Assembly: GCA_965203055.1 (NCBI GenBank)
Contig: OZ241863.1
Span: 320,001-384,000, forward strand
Reading direction: 5' to 3'
From: Spirochaetia bacterium
GTDB taxonomy: Bacteria > Spirochaetota > Spirochaetia > SZUA-6 > Bin103
DNA: 64,000 nucleotides
Shown: positions 26,669-36,166 of the stretch, piece after piece
How positions within the stretch are numbered: position 1 is the first letter of the stretch
Layout: each line of letters begins with the position of its first letter
Position numbers and translations under genes: made by a program
Notes under the pieces: generated by a model
The model's database searches: none
What the model was told of the DNA's origin: nothing
What the model saw: only the letters and a program-made list of their open reading frames with translations

Positions 26669-27544
26669 ATGTGGGTAGAGCAGCGGGCCACCGCGTTCGA
26701 CGTGTTCAACTATGCGCTGCTGGTGGTCATGAGCGCCGCCTTCCTCTACCCCGTGGTAATGACCCTGGCGATTTCGTTCAGCGACGCCGACCGGCTCGGC
26801 AGCGCCGCCGTGGGCGTCTGGCCCGTCGGGTATTCGCTCGATGCGTATCGCCTGCTCCTGTCCGACGGCAGAATCCTGCGCTACTACCTCAATACCATCA
26901 ACTACGCCGGCACCGGTACCCTGATCATGTTGATCAGCACCTCCATGATGGCCTATCCGCTGACCTTCAGAGAGCTCCGCGGCGGCAAGCTGGTGGCCAT
27001 CCTGCTGGTCATTTCGATCTTCTTTTCCGGCGGGCTGGTGCCGTTCTACCTGGTGGTGCTGCGCCTGCGGCTGGTCGATACCATGTGGGCGCTGGTGCTG
27101 CCGAACGCGATCTCGGCGTTCAACGTGATGATCTTCCGTACCTTCTTTGCCAACATCCCGTCATCGCTGCGGGAGTCGGCGAGCATCGACGGCGCCGGTC
27201 ACTTCACCGTGCTGTGGCGCATCATCATCCCGCTTTCGAAGCCGCTGCTGGCAACCTTCGCCCTGTACACCGTAGTGATGTTCTGGAACGACTTCTTTCA
27301 GGCGCTGATCTTCCTGCGCGACCAGGACAAGCAGCCGATCCAGTTGTTCCTGAGACGCATCCTGGTGCTGCTCGACTTCCGGGACGTGGAGAACAGCGCC
27401 ATCCTGCAGGTGGTGCGCAACATCAGCTCGCGGACCGTCAAGGGAGCCGCGGTGATCATCACCATTACCCCCATTCTGTGCGTCTACCCGTTCCTTCAGA
27501 AGTACTTCACCAAGGGCATGATGATCGGTGCGATCAAGGCCTGA
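26669..27544 (+). CDS. Carbohydrate ABC permease (LplC-like)
   Basis: FSGGLVPFY, SLRESASIDGA, PLSKP, WNDFF, YPFLQKYFTKGMMIGAIK. Confidence 0.9.
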   Translation: MWVEQRATAFDVFNYALLVVMSAAFLYPVVMTLAISFSDADRLGSAAVGVWPVGYSLDAYRLLLSDGRILRYYLNTINYAGTGTLIMLISTSMMAYPLTFRELRGGKLVAILLVISIFFSGGLVPFYLVVLRLRLVDTMWALVLPNAISAFNVMIFRTFFANIPSSLRESASIDGAGHFTVLWRIIIPLSKPLLATFALYTVVMFWNDFFQALIFLRDQDKQPIQLFLRRILVLLDFRDVENSAILQVVRNISSRTVKGAAVIITITPILCVYPFLQKYFTKGMMIGAIKA

Positions 27545-27625
27545 CGAGCACGGCATGGGGGCAAGCTGCAAACAGTCACGATTGGCGCCGTTGGCGCCGC
27601 TATCACATTCGTCGAGGAGGACACT

Positions 27626-29275
27626 ATGTCCAAGGACACCTTGTCCATATCCATACTTACTTCAGGGCTGGCGGCGGCAATGCTGCTGGCGGCCGGGGCG
27701 CTGTTCGCCACCGGAACCGAGGAGGCCGGCGTCGCCGAGATGGCGCCGGGCGCGGCGCTGCCGTGGACCGGGGCGGAGGTCGTATACAACGGCTTCGGGG
27801 CGGATCTCGGAATCCAGGAGGATCCGGAGGCGCCGGTGGTGCAGGAGTATCGCAAGGATACCGGCAACGTGCGGATCGAATGGGACACGGTGCCGTGGAA
27901 CGACTACGACACCAAGCTGAACCTGTATCTGCAATCGGGCGACATGCCCGACATCGTGTGGGCGCGGGAATCGGTTCCCAAGGCCGCTACCTACGGGCCG
28001 GTCGGCATCTTCCTGGATTGGAACGCGTACCGGGAGTACATGCCCAACATGCAAAAGTGGGTGGCCCGGTTCCCGCATCTCAACAACGTGCTGACCGACC
28101 AGGGCGAACGCTTCGCGATCAACGACATCACCACGGCCGAGTACATCGGCGAGGGCTACTTCTACAACGCGAACATCCTGGCGCAGGCCGGCATTTCAGG
28201 GCCGCCGGAGACGATGGACGAGTGGCTCGCGCAGATGAAGCAGATCAAGGCCGAGCTGCCCGACGTGGACGCGTTCCTCACGCAGTGGGGGCTGGGCTAC
28301 TTCCTGCACGCCTTCGGGCGGCCGATGAACGCCAAGATCGGCGGCGTCGAGTACGACCAGGAGCTCGGCGAGTGGGTATACGGACCGACCCAGGACCCCA
28401 ATTACCGCAAGCTGATCGAGTTCATGCACGAGGCCTACGCCGCCGGCGCGTTCAATCTGGACACGATCGGCGAATCGATCACCTCCGACCGCGTCCGCGA
28501 GCTGCAGGAGGCGGGCGACTACGCGTTCACCTACATCTACTACGGCCAGACCACCGACCTGTGGAACTATGAGGCGGGCAAGCGGCCGCCGGAGGGGTTC
28601 CAGGGGATGAAGCCGCCCAGCTTCGAGGGGAAGACCCACTACTGGATAACCGTCGCGCACGACACCATTCCCTACTGGGGTTACATGGCCAGCGCCAAGG
28701 TGAAGAATCCCGAACTGCTGGCGGCCTACGTGGACAACATCATGTCGGAGAAGACCTACGAGCTGTTCGAGTGGGGCATCGAAGGGCAGACCTTCCGGCG
28801 CACCGACGACGGCTACGAGTATCTGCCGGAGTTCGCCAATGACTCCGCGGCGCTGCGCGAGCTTGGCGTCGGCAACTTCCACGACCCGCGCTACATCCAC
28901 TACAACGACTCCGACCTGATCTGGTTCGGCAAGTACTTCACCAAGAAGGACGACGTGGGCCGCGCCGCGGTCGCCGCGGACATCAAGCGGCTGCAGGCCG
29001 GCGAGATGATCCCGCTGCTGAACTGGCCGCGGCCGCTGATGACCGGCGAGCAGAACGACGAGATCAGCAAGATCATGACCCCGGTCAACACGTTCGTCGA
29101 GGAGGAGCGCATCAAGTTCATCACCGGCGACCGCGACTTGGCGGAGTGGGACGACTTCGTCGCCGAAGTGAACAAGCTGGGCGATATCGACAAGGTGCTG
29201 GCCTACTACAACGGAGGCAAGCAGTTTCCGTTGGGCGACCGGCGCTATCCCGCGCTGCCGCCCGACCTGCAATAG
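27626..29275 (+). CDS. Carbohydrate ABC solute-binding protein (LplA-like)
   Basis: GAGGAG RBS; signal peptide ending ALFATG; KLNLYLQSGDMPDI, KFITGDRDLAEWDDFV. Confidence 0.88.
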   Translation: MSKDTLSISILTSGLAAAMLLAAGALFATGTEEAGVAEMAPGAALPWTGAEVVYNGFGADLGIQEDPEAPVVQEYRKDTGNVRIEWDTVPWNDYDTKLNLYLQSGDMPDIVWARESVPKAATYGPVGIFLDWNAYREYMPNMQKWVARFPHLNNVLTDQGERFAINDITTAEYIGEGYFYNANILAQAGISGPPETMDEWLAQMKQIKAELPDVDAFLTQWGLGYFLHAFGRPMNAKIGGVEYDQELGEWVYGPTQDPNYRKLIEFMHEAYAAGAFNLDTIGESITSDRVRELQEAGDYAFTYIYYGQTTDLWNYEAGKRPPEGFQGMKPPSFEGKTHYWITVAHDTIPYWGYMASAKVKNPELLAAYVDNIMSEKTYELFEWGIEGQTFRRTDDGYEYLPEFANDSAALRELGVGNFHDPRYIHYNDSDLIWFGKYFTKKDDVGRAAVAADIKRLQAGEMIPLLNWPRPLMTGEQNDEISKIMTPVNTFVEEERIKFITGDRDLAEWDDFVAEVNKLGDIDKVLAYYNGGKQFPLGDRRYPALPPDLQ

Positions 29276-29283
29276 AGCGCTTT

Positions 29284-29324
29284 AGCCGGGCGCGGGCCGG
29301 GCGCGGGCTGACCCGCGCCCGGCT
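29284..29324 (+). terminator. GC-rich hairpin after the SBP gene (no U-tract)
   Basis: GCCGGGCGCGGG (29296-29307)-ctga-CCCGCGCCCGGC (29312-29323); the left arm is tandemly duplicated from 29285. Confidence 0.4.
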
Positions 29325-29401
29325 GGGCGGACAAACGGGCGGGCAGGGCGGGCGCCGCGCCGCGTGAAAGAGCGCGGCGCGGTGTGGTATAGTGCCGCGT
29401 C

Positions 29402-30883
29402 ATGGCAGCAGCAGCTTACGAGATCCGCAATTACGTGGGCGGTGAATGGGCGCCGACCGACGACGCGGCTACCCGACCGGTGATCAATCCCGCTACCGGC
29501 GAGGCCCTGGGGGCGGTGCCGCAGTCGCCGGGGGCGGAGGTGGACCGCGCCGTCGCGGCGGCCGCGGCCGCGTACCCGGACTGGCGGCGCACGCCGCCCG
29601 GCGACCGCATTCAGTACCTGTTCAAGCTCAAGGCGCTGCTGGAGCGCGCCGCGCAGGAGCTGGGCCGCACCATCACCATCGAGAACGGCAAGATCCTTTC
29701 CGAGTCGCTGGGCGAGTTGACCCGCGCCATCGAGAACGTCGAGGTGGCGTGCGGCATTCCCACCTTGATGCAGGGCGACGTGCTGGAAGATGTCTCGCGC
29801 GGCATCGACGAGCTGATGATCCGCCAGCCGGTCGGGGTGTGCGCCATTGTCTGCCCGTTCAACTTTCCGGCCATGATCCCGTTCTGGTTCTTCCCCTACG
29901 CCCTGGCGTGCGGCAACGTGGTGATCGTCAAGCCGGCTGACCGCACCCCCATCACCCTGCAGGTGGTGGCCCGCCTGGTCGAGGAGACCGGCCTGCCGCC
30001 GGGGGTGTTCAACGTCGTCAACGGCGGCGCCGACACGGTGAACGCGCTGCTCGACCACCCCGGCGTGCAGGCGGTGAGCTTCGTCGGCTCCACCGCGGTG
30101 GCGGAGCACGTCTACGCCCGCGCCGCGGCGTCCGGCAAGCGGGTGCAGGCGCAGGGCGGCGCCAAGAATCCGATCATCGTGCTGCCCGACGCCGAAATCG
30201 ACATGGCCGCCCAGATCACCATCGACTCCGCCTACGGCAACGCCGGCCAGCGCTGCCTGGCCGCCTCGCTGGCCATCACCGTGGGCGGCGCCGGTGCGGC
30301 CTTCACCGAGGCGCTGGGGGCGGCGGCGGCCAGCCGGGTGGTGGGCGACGGCCTCGACGCGGCGGTGGAGATGGGTCCGGTGATCAGTCAGGCCAGCAAG
30401 CAGCGCATCGAGCGGCTGATCGACGCCGGCGAACAGGAGGGCGCGCGGGTCGTGGTGGACGGGCGCGGCGCCACCATTGCCGGGCTGGAGGGAGGATCGT
30501 TCGTGCGGCCCACGCTGCTGGCGGACGTGCCCCCCGGCAGCACGGTGGCCACCACCGAGATCTTCGGCCCGGTGTTCGGGCTGATGCAGGTGGACACGGT
30601 AGAAGAGGCGATCGCCCTGGTGAACACGGGGCAGTACGGCAACATGGCCTGTCTGTTCACTACCGACGGGCGCGCCGCGCGCCAGTTTCGCCATGCCGCC
30701 GAGGTGGGCAACATCGGCATCAACATCGGCGTGGCCGCGCCGATGGCCTACTTCCCGTTCTCCGGCTGGCGGCGCAGCTTCTTCGGCGTGCTGCACGGCC
30801 AGGGCAAGCACGCGGTGGAGTTCTTCACCCAGACCAAGGTGGTGGTGGAACGCTGGCCGGCCGACTGGTCGCGCAAGTTCTGA
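29402..30883 (+). CDS. mmsA: CoA-acylating methylmalonate/malonate-semialdehyde dehydrogenase
   Basis: [55 protein letters not shown]. Confidence 0.9.
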   Translation: MAAAAYEIRNYVGGEWAPTDDAATRPVINPATGEALGAVPQSPGAEVDRAVAAAAAAYPDWRRTPPGDRIQYLFKLKALLERAAQELGRTITIENGKILSESLGELTRAIENVEVACGIPTLMQGDVLEDVSRGIDELMIRQPVGVCAIVCPFNFPAMIPFWFFPYALACGNVVIVKPADRTPITLQVVARLVEETGLPPGVFNVVNGGADTVNALLDHPGVQAVSFVGSTAVAEHVYARAAASGKRVQAQGGAKNPIIVLPDAEIDMAAQITIDSAYGNAGQRCLAASLAITVGGAGAAFTEALGAAAASRVVGDGLDAAVEMGPVISQASKQRIERLIDAGEQEGARVVVDGRGATIAGLEGGSFVRPTLLADVPPGSTVATTEIFGPVFGLMQVDTVEEAIALVNTGQYGNMACLFTTDGRAARQFRHAAEVGNIGINIGVAAPMAYFPFSGWRRSFFGVLHGQGKHAVEFFTQTKVVVERWPADWSRKF

Positions 30884-30917
30884 AGCCAGGCCGCGCCGCG
30901 CCACGCCGCCGGCTGGT

Positions 30918-31331
30918 TTACAGTGCTGCGGCGAGCCGCCGGCGGAGCGGGTCGATCCGGTTCAGGAGCCGCTCAGCCCGCTGCACGGCATCGGCGGCCT
31001 CGGCCCGCGAGATCGTCTCGAAGTCGCCGTAGTCGACATCGCCGCGCCGCGCCAGCAGCGTCTTGAAGTCCTTGGCGACGGTGACCGGCAGCAGCTTGGT
31101 TCTGATGAAACGGAGCCCGAGCGTGGTCATCGCACCGGCGTGCGACTCCGGGTTCACCCCTTCGAGGATCAACAGAGCGCGAACCCCGTTCAGCGCGGCG
31201 TAGTAGCTGCGATTCACCGCCGTGTTCAGCCGCTCGTCGGCCAGATTGGCGCGCGCATCGGCAAGCGCGGCGCGCGCCTTCGCGAACCGGACGTCGCTCA
31301 GCGCCTGTTTGTCCGGGACGCTCAGGGTCAT
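30918..31331 (-). CDS. HEPN domain protein (UPF0332-like)
   Basis: AVNRSYYAA, SHAG, RRGDVDY; ATG overlaps the MNT stop. Confidence 0.82.
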   Translation of the reverse strand: MTLSVPDKQALSDVRFAKARAALADARANLADERLNTAVNRSYYAALNGVRALLILEGVNPESHAGAMTTLGLRFIRTKLLPVTVAKDFKTLLARRGDVDYGDFETISRAEAADAVQRAERLLNRIDPLRRRLAAAL

Positions 31332-31651
31332 ACGCTGACGCCGTCCCGCACGACGTTCTGATAGAAGGGTGAACCGTAGCGGCGCTCGAGGGCAAACGTG
31401 GCCGAGCTCCTGATCACCGGGTCGAACGCAATGCCGCTGCGCAATTCCTCTTCGACGCAACTATCGATTACGGCGCGCTCCACCTCCTGACTGCGCGCTC
31501 CTACCACGACGAGCAGGTCGAGGTCGGAATCGCCGCCGTGGTCGCCGCGCACGCGCGATCCGAAGGCGCGGATGTCCTTTACCTCATCCTGCAGGCGCGC
31601 TCTGATCGCGGCGCCGACTCTCGCCGCGGCATCCCGTGTGTGTGCGTACAC
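31328..31651 (-). CDS. Minimal nucleotidyltransferase (MNT) antitoxin-like protein
   Basis: AFGSRVRGD...SDLDLLVV, PFYQNV.RDGV. Confidence 0.85.
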   Translation of the reverse strand: MYAHTRDAAARVGAAIRARLQDEVKDIRAFGSRVRGDHGGDSDLDLLVVVGARSQEVERAVIDSCVEEELRSGIAFDPVIRSSATFALERRYGSPFYQNVVRDGVSV

Positions 31652-31794
31652 CGCCCTACCCTCGATCAGAATATACCGAACCGGCCAACCCCACCACCAC
31701 CGGCCGCCATCCCTTACCGAGCGCGGTGTCGGCGCCTTGACGTTCCCGCCGGGCCGGGACTACGGTGCTCAACCGACGATGGCGCACTCCCACT

Positions 31795-32946
31795 ATGCTT
31801 GAGAACCTGTCGGTCAAGACATTCAAGTCGCTTGAGGACGTTACCGTTGACCTTGGATTGGTCAACGTCTTCGTCGGGGCCAACGGCAGCGGCAAGAGCA
31901 ACCTGTTGGAGGCTCTGGGCGTGCTGTCTGAGGCGGCGGACGGCAGAGTGAATGATCAGAACCTGCTGGCTCGCGGCGTTCGCCCCGGTGTTCCGGCACT
32001 ATACAAATCGGCATTTCCCGCTGGCCCCGGAAAGAAGGTGTCGCCTCATCTTTTCTTCGAAGCATCCAGTGCCCGCGCCAACTACCAGGTCACGTTGCAC
32101 AATCCTCTGAAAGACCCGTTGCCCGCCTGGAGATTCAAGTCCGAGACTTGGGAAGACTGCAGCGGCAGGTTGGTCGGCCGTTCACCCGCTTCGGGAAAGA
32201 AGGCCAATCCCGAACGAGGAATGGCCGCGTTGAGGGCGGTCGAGGTCACGGGCGGAGACGCGCTTGAACTGCTGAAGTTGCTGCAAGGGTACGCCATATT
32301 CTCCCCAACGACGCCCGTGATGCGCGGCGTCGCGCCGGAACCGCAGCCGAGACAACCGGTGGGCCTGTCCGGCGGTAATCTTCCGCGGGCGGTCTTGCAC
32401 CTGCTCAAGCAGCGGGAGCACGATGAACACAGCGAGCGGATTTGTGGTGATCTATTGGGGCTCGTCGACTGGGCTGATGACATTAGTGTTAGTCGGGCGG
32501 GAGTCGTGCTTCGGTTCCACGATCGATTCATGCGCAAGGGAGCGAAAGCCCTTTCCGCATATGACGCCTCCGAAGGAGCGCTCTATGCGCTGTTTCTGGC
32601 GGTCGTCGCCGGCCATCACGGGAGTCCCGGACTCTGCGCAGTTGACAATGCAGATCATGGATTGAATCCGAGATTGGCCCGGTCATTGATCGAGCATCTC
32701 TGTACGTGGTATCTAAAAGCTCGCGAACCGCGTCAGATTCTGTTGACTACGCACAACCCACTCGTACTGGATGGTCTACCTTTGCAGGATGACCGTGTGC
32801 GTCTGTTTACGGTATCGCGGACCAGCACAGGGCGCACATCCGTGCGGCGTGTCGCGATCGGTGATCTCCGACGCAAGGCCGAGCAGGGCTGGACCTTGTC
32901 GCGCTTGTGGGTGATGGGACATCTCGGCGGCGTTCCGAATGTCTGA
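31795..32946 (+). CDS. ABC-superfamily (AAA_21/AAA_15-like) ATPase
   Basis: LSVKTFKSL, FVGANGSGKSNLLEAL, ASEG signature, VDNADHGLNP (atypical Walker B), LLTTHNP. Confidence 0.87.
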   Translation: MLENLSVKTFKSLEDVTVDLGLVNVFVGANGSGKSNLLEALGVLSEAADGRVNDQNLLARGVRPGVPALYKSAFPAGPGKKVSPHLFFEASSARANYQVTLHNPLKDPLPAWRFKSETWEDCSGRLVGRSPASGKKANPERGMAALRAVEVTGGDALELLKLLQGYAIFSPTTPVMRGVAPEPQPRQPVGLSGGNLPRAVLHLLKQREHDEHSERICGDLLGLVDWADDISVSRAGVVLRFHDRFMRKGAKALSAYDASEGALYALFLAVVAGHHGSPGLCAVDNADHGLNPRLARSLIEHLCTWYLKAREPRQILLTTHNPLVLDGLPLQDDRVRLFTVSRTSTGRTSVRRVAIGDLRRKAEQGWTLSRLWVMGHLGGVPNV

Positions 32947-33668
32947 TACGGTACGTGTCGCTGCCGCCGTCGAGGGGCCGACCGATGAAGTCGCGCTGAA
33001 AGCGGCCCTCAAGAGCCTGTTGACGAACATCGAATTCGAGTTCCAGACCCTGCAGCCAGAGGGCTCAGCGGCATTTGGCTCTTCGCCAAGCCGAACAGGA
33101 ACCGGATGGGGCGGGGTCTATCGCTGGTGCCGTCAATCAGCCGAAGAAGGCGGCGGTTCGGTTTCCGGCTCGTCGGTGCTGTTCAATTCATGACCTCTTG
33201 ATCATTCAGGTAGACGCCGATGTAGCGGGCAAGACCTATTCCAGTGCGAGTATTCGAGACGCTCCAAGTCAAGATCTTCCCTGTAGCCAGCCATGTCCGC
33301 CAGCGAGTGGAACGACAAATGCATTGCGAACGGTTATCCTCGGCTGGCTTGGCGAACGTCAATGCCCGTGTCGAGTCGTCCTGTGCACGCCGTCGAAGAA
33401 TATGGAGGCATGGGTGATTGCCGCAGTCTGGCCGACCAATCCGATGATTACGCGCGGTAATTGGGAGTGTCATCCGAATCCGGAAGGCCAGCTCGGGAAT
33501 CTGCCCAGGAACCGGAGGTTCCGGAAACACGCGCGCGACTATCGGGCCAAGCAGAACCAGCTGACCGAGGGCTGGCAGAACGTGTCGGATACGCTCACGG
33601 AAGCCACACGATTTCAACGTGAACTTCTTGCCGCCTGTTCCATAGCAAGCTCGTCGGCTATCGAGTAA
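32939..33668 (+). pseudogene. TOPRIM-like (DUF4276-like) partner of the ATPase, split by a frameshift near 33188
   Basis: First frame VAAAVEGPTD...GWGGVYRWC...VLFNS*; second frame continues HDLLIIQVDADVA...PSKNMEAWV; removing one T from AATTCATGAC joins them. Confidence 0.7.
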
Positions 33669-34852
33669 CATGGAGTGACGCGCAGCTCACCAGTGAGGAG
33701 TACTGACATAAGGCCGCGCTTGACGATCCGCGCCTGGTCGATGACCGCCCGGGTCTTCTCGATAGCGTCGTCCATCCCCGAAAGGACTGCGGCAATCTTA
33801 CGCTGCTCGGGGAGCGGCGGCAAGAACAACGGATACGCCCTTACGTCATGGGCCGTGACAGCCGGATAATTGCTTCCACTCATGCGTGGCTTCAGGTACT
33901 CAACGAAGCCGCTTGACAGAATCTGCTGGTAGAGAAAGCGACCATCCACCCCGTCTCCTGGTCGGACCACTGCATAACCTGTCGACACGACGAGGTTATC
34001 GAGCGCCTGCCGGACACGAGCGAAATTGCGCAGGTACGGTCTTACGGTTGACACGAGAATGTCGCCTTCGCGTACCACCCTCCTGGCGCGGCTCGGCGCG
34101 TCCTCGAAACGCAATGTCCGAGTGTCGCCGATGACCCCCGGCTGCTCGATAGCTGAGATGTCAAGATACTCCAGCAAGTAATCGGGATCGGTCCTGCTCC
34201 CAAGCTGCTCCGGGTTCACCTGCGCAAGACTGCCGAGGGTTGAGGCCCTCCAAGTGTCCCGCTCTTCCTCGAGCAGTACTTGCAGCAGACCGCGCTTGAC
34301 GATCCGCGCCTGGTCGATGACCGCCTGCGTCTTCTCGATGGCGTTGTCCACCGAAGAAAGGATCGCCGCAATCTTGCGCTGTTCAGGAAGCGGTGGTAAC
34401 TCGACTTCGAAGTCGTCAAAGACGCTTGCCGGTACGCGTTGTCGCCCCGATGTACCCGTCATCTGCGAGATGGCGAATGACCGAAAGGCTGGATTCTTCG
34501 CCAAGTAGTACACATATGCGGGCAAGGTGAGTTCGGGACGCGGGCCGAGAACAATGAACTCCGTCGATCCCGTAGCCACCTCTCCGGTGGAAAGGCAGCC
34601 AACAAGCCCGGTCTTTCCGTTCTCGGTACAAGGAGTTATTCGCGCAAACAGGGTATCTCCGTTTACGAAGCGCGAGCCACCGGGTCCAACGGGTTTGACG
34701 CGCCGCGGATGGACCCGACGAGTCTCGGCGGGCAGCGCAGCCATGTCAACGAACGGGGTAAGAGTCCCCTTTGCGACAGTACGCCGCGGGTTTATTTCAA
34801 CAGCCTCGGAGAACGGCAATCTCTGCCAGTCTCCCGGAATCAGGGTGTCCAT
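33614..34852 (-). CDS. hsdS: Type I restriction-modification specificity subunit (orphan)
   Basis: Two TRDs (GDTLFARITPCTENGK / GDILVSTVRPYL), each followed by PPLPEQRKIAA.LS..D.AIEKT.AVIDQARIVKRGL; LLTGELRV. Confidence 0.9.
   Translation of the reverse strand: MDTLIPGDWQRLPFSEAVEINPRRTVAKGTLTPFVDMAALPAETRRVHPRRVKPVGPGGSRFVNGDTLFARITPCTENGKTGLVGCLSTGEVATGSTEFIVLGPRPELTLPAYVYYLAKNPAFRSFAISQMTGTSGRQRVPASVFDDFEVELPPLPEQRKIAAILSSVDNAIEKTQAVIDQARIVKRGLLQVLLEEERDTWRASTLGSLAQVNPEQLGSRTDPDYLLEYLDISAIEQPGVIGDTRTLRFEDAPSRARRVVREGDILVSTVRPYLRNFARVRQALDNLVVSTGYAVVRPGDGVDGRFLYQQILSSGFVEYLKPRMSGSNYPAVTAHDVRAYPLFLPPLPEQRKIAAVLSGMDDAIEKTRAVIDQARIVKRGLMSVLLTGELRVTPCYSIADELAMEQAARSSR
33714..34325. repeat. 36-bp identical direct repeat in the two hsdS conserved regions
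   Basis: CCGCGCTTGACGATCCGCGCCTGGTCGATGACCGCC at 33714-33749 and 34290-34325. Confidence 0.85.
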
Positions 34853-36030
34853 CAGGATCGAATGAGATTGAAGGTAACGCGCACGAACTTGTTGATCTCG
34901 TCCTGCATGAGGGTTGGCTCGGTCTCATTGAACGCCCGCATCTCCCGCCGCATGGTCAGCCATCCGCGTCCTCGTTGTTCCATGTAGCCCATCGCAGCCA
35001 TGAAATAGGCCATGGAGTCGTTCCGCGAACGAGGATTGGCGCCGGCCATGACCCGCTCGACGGTCATATGGTTCGGCAGCGCTCCGGGACTGGTTACGTC
35101 GACGCGGCCGTCGAATAATTCGAGGAGCACCTTGGACCCGGTTATGGCGTAATCGCGATGTGTCACGGCGTTCACGAGCGCCTCCCGAATCGCTGCCCGC
35201 GGCAGCAGAAAACGGTCTTCTCGACTCAGTTTTCGGTATGACTCGAACCGGCCAAGCCCCAGGAACCAGCCGACCGACCGCTCAACCTGATCGTCTAGCC
35301 GGCCGGCGGCCTCCGAGACCTGCAGCACCTCCGAGGCGCGATCGTCCCCCGCATAGGCGACGCACTCGATCCGGAAGTTGCGGGTCTGCGGGTAGCGCTG
35401 AGGATCCTTGCCAAAGGAGAGGACGCCGTAGAGGGTCGCCCGTAACTCGCCGTCGATCTCGGTAAGCACCCCCCGGTTGCGCAGGTCGTCCTGACTGTCC
35501 GGCTGCGGCTCGTCGTCGATGTCGAATCCCTGACGGTCCAGATACGAGAGGAAGGACCGCAAGTCGATGTGTTGGACGGTCGCGTCCTGGATCGCGCGCT
35601 CCTCGGTGAGGATGTACCCAAACGCGTAGTAGAGTTCCTGCAGCTCCGTGGGAGGGGGCTCTACGCTGTTGCGATCGTGGCGTATCCACACCCGGCCGTC
35701 GTACCCCAGCGGTTCAAATCCCCGCTGACGAGGGATCTGAAGCCAATGCACCCAGCCCCGCTGGTCCTCATGGCGGCCGGTGCGTGCGGAGACAGGAGTG
35801 CTGCACCCGGTCCGGAGGAACGACGTCAGGCGTTCCTGAACCTGCTCGGCATTCTCCTTGACACCAACTATTTCCCGTTCATTGGTCACGCCCACAACGA
35901 CGAGTCCGCCCTCGGTATTGGCGAACGCGCATGTCGCCTTACCAATGGCCGACAGGTCGAGCCGGCGCTTGAACTCGGTATGGCGATCTTCACCTGCCTC
36001 GATCCGTTGCAGGACTTCCAGCCATTCCAT
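34852..36030 (-). CDS. Schlafen/AlbA_2 + HATPase_c_4 ATP-binding protein
   Basis: GEDRHTEFKR, CAFANTEGG, AIREALVNAVTHRDY, VTSPGALP, SRN, EQRGRG; stop overlaps the hsdS start. Confidence 0.87.
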   Translation of the reverse strand: MEWLEVLQRIEAGEDRHTEFKRRLDLSAIGKATCAFANTEGGLVVVGVTNEREIVGVKENAEQVQERLTSFLRTGCSTPVSARTGRHEDQRGWVHWLQIPRQRGFEPLGYDGRVWIRHDRNSVEPPPTELQELYYAFGYILTEERAIQDATVQHIDLRSFLSYLDRQGFDIDDEPQPDSQDDLRNRGVLTEIDGELRATLYGVLSFGKDPQRYPQTRNFRIECVAYAGDDRASEVLQVSEAAGRLDDQVERSVGWFLGLGRFESYRKLSREDRFLLPRAAIREALVNAVTHRDYAITGSKVLLELFDGRVDVTSPGALPNHMTVERVMAGANPRSRNDSMAYFMAAMGYMEQRGRGWLTMRREMRAFNETEPTLMQDEINKFVRVTFNLIRS

Positions 36031-36166
36031 CGCGGGTTCCGAATCTAATCAGACTGCTGCACGTCGTCTAACGGTCAGGCGCAACGCTGTCCCGAACGGA
36101 GCGGCCCCACGGATGAAGTCACAGCAACGCTGTCATGGTCGTCCGAGCCGCGGGTGGGCGAGCGGC

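Noticed and set aside
27582..27599. TTGGCGCCG tandem duplication between permease and SBP genes
   Set aside because: Too short and GC-rich to be significant; not noticed in the other ABC clusters.
33180..33195. Programmed ribosomal frameshift in the TOPRIM-like gene
   Set aside because: No slippery heptamer or homopolymer run; a single-base insertion or sequencing error is simpler.
36031..36166. Integron attC site: minus-strand GTTAGAC (GTTRRRY) about 35 bp upstream of the Schlafen gene, plus a repeated GCAACGCTGTC
   Set aside because: No matching RYYYAAC inverse core or extended palindrome was found on that strand, and there is no integrase or second site. A 7-mer match is expected by chance. 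IntegronFinder would settle it.
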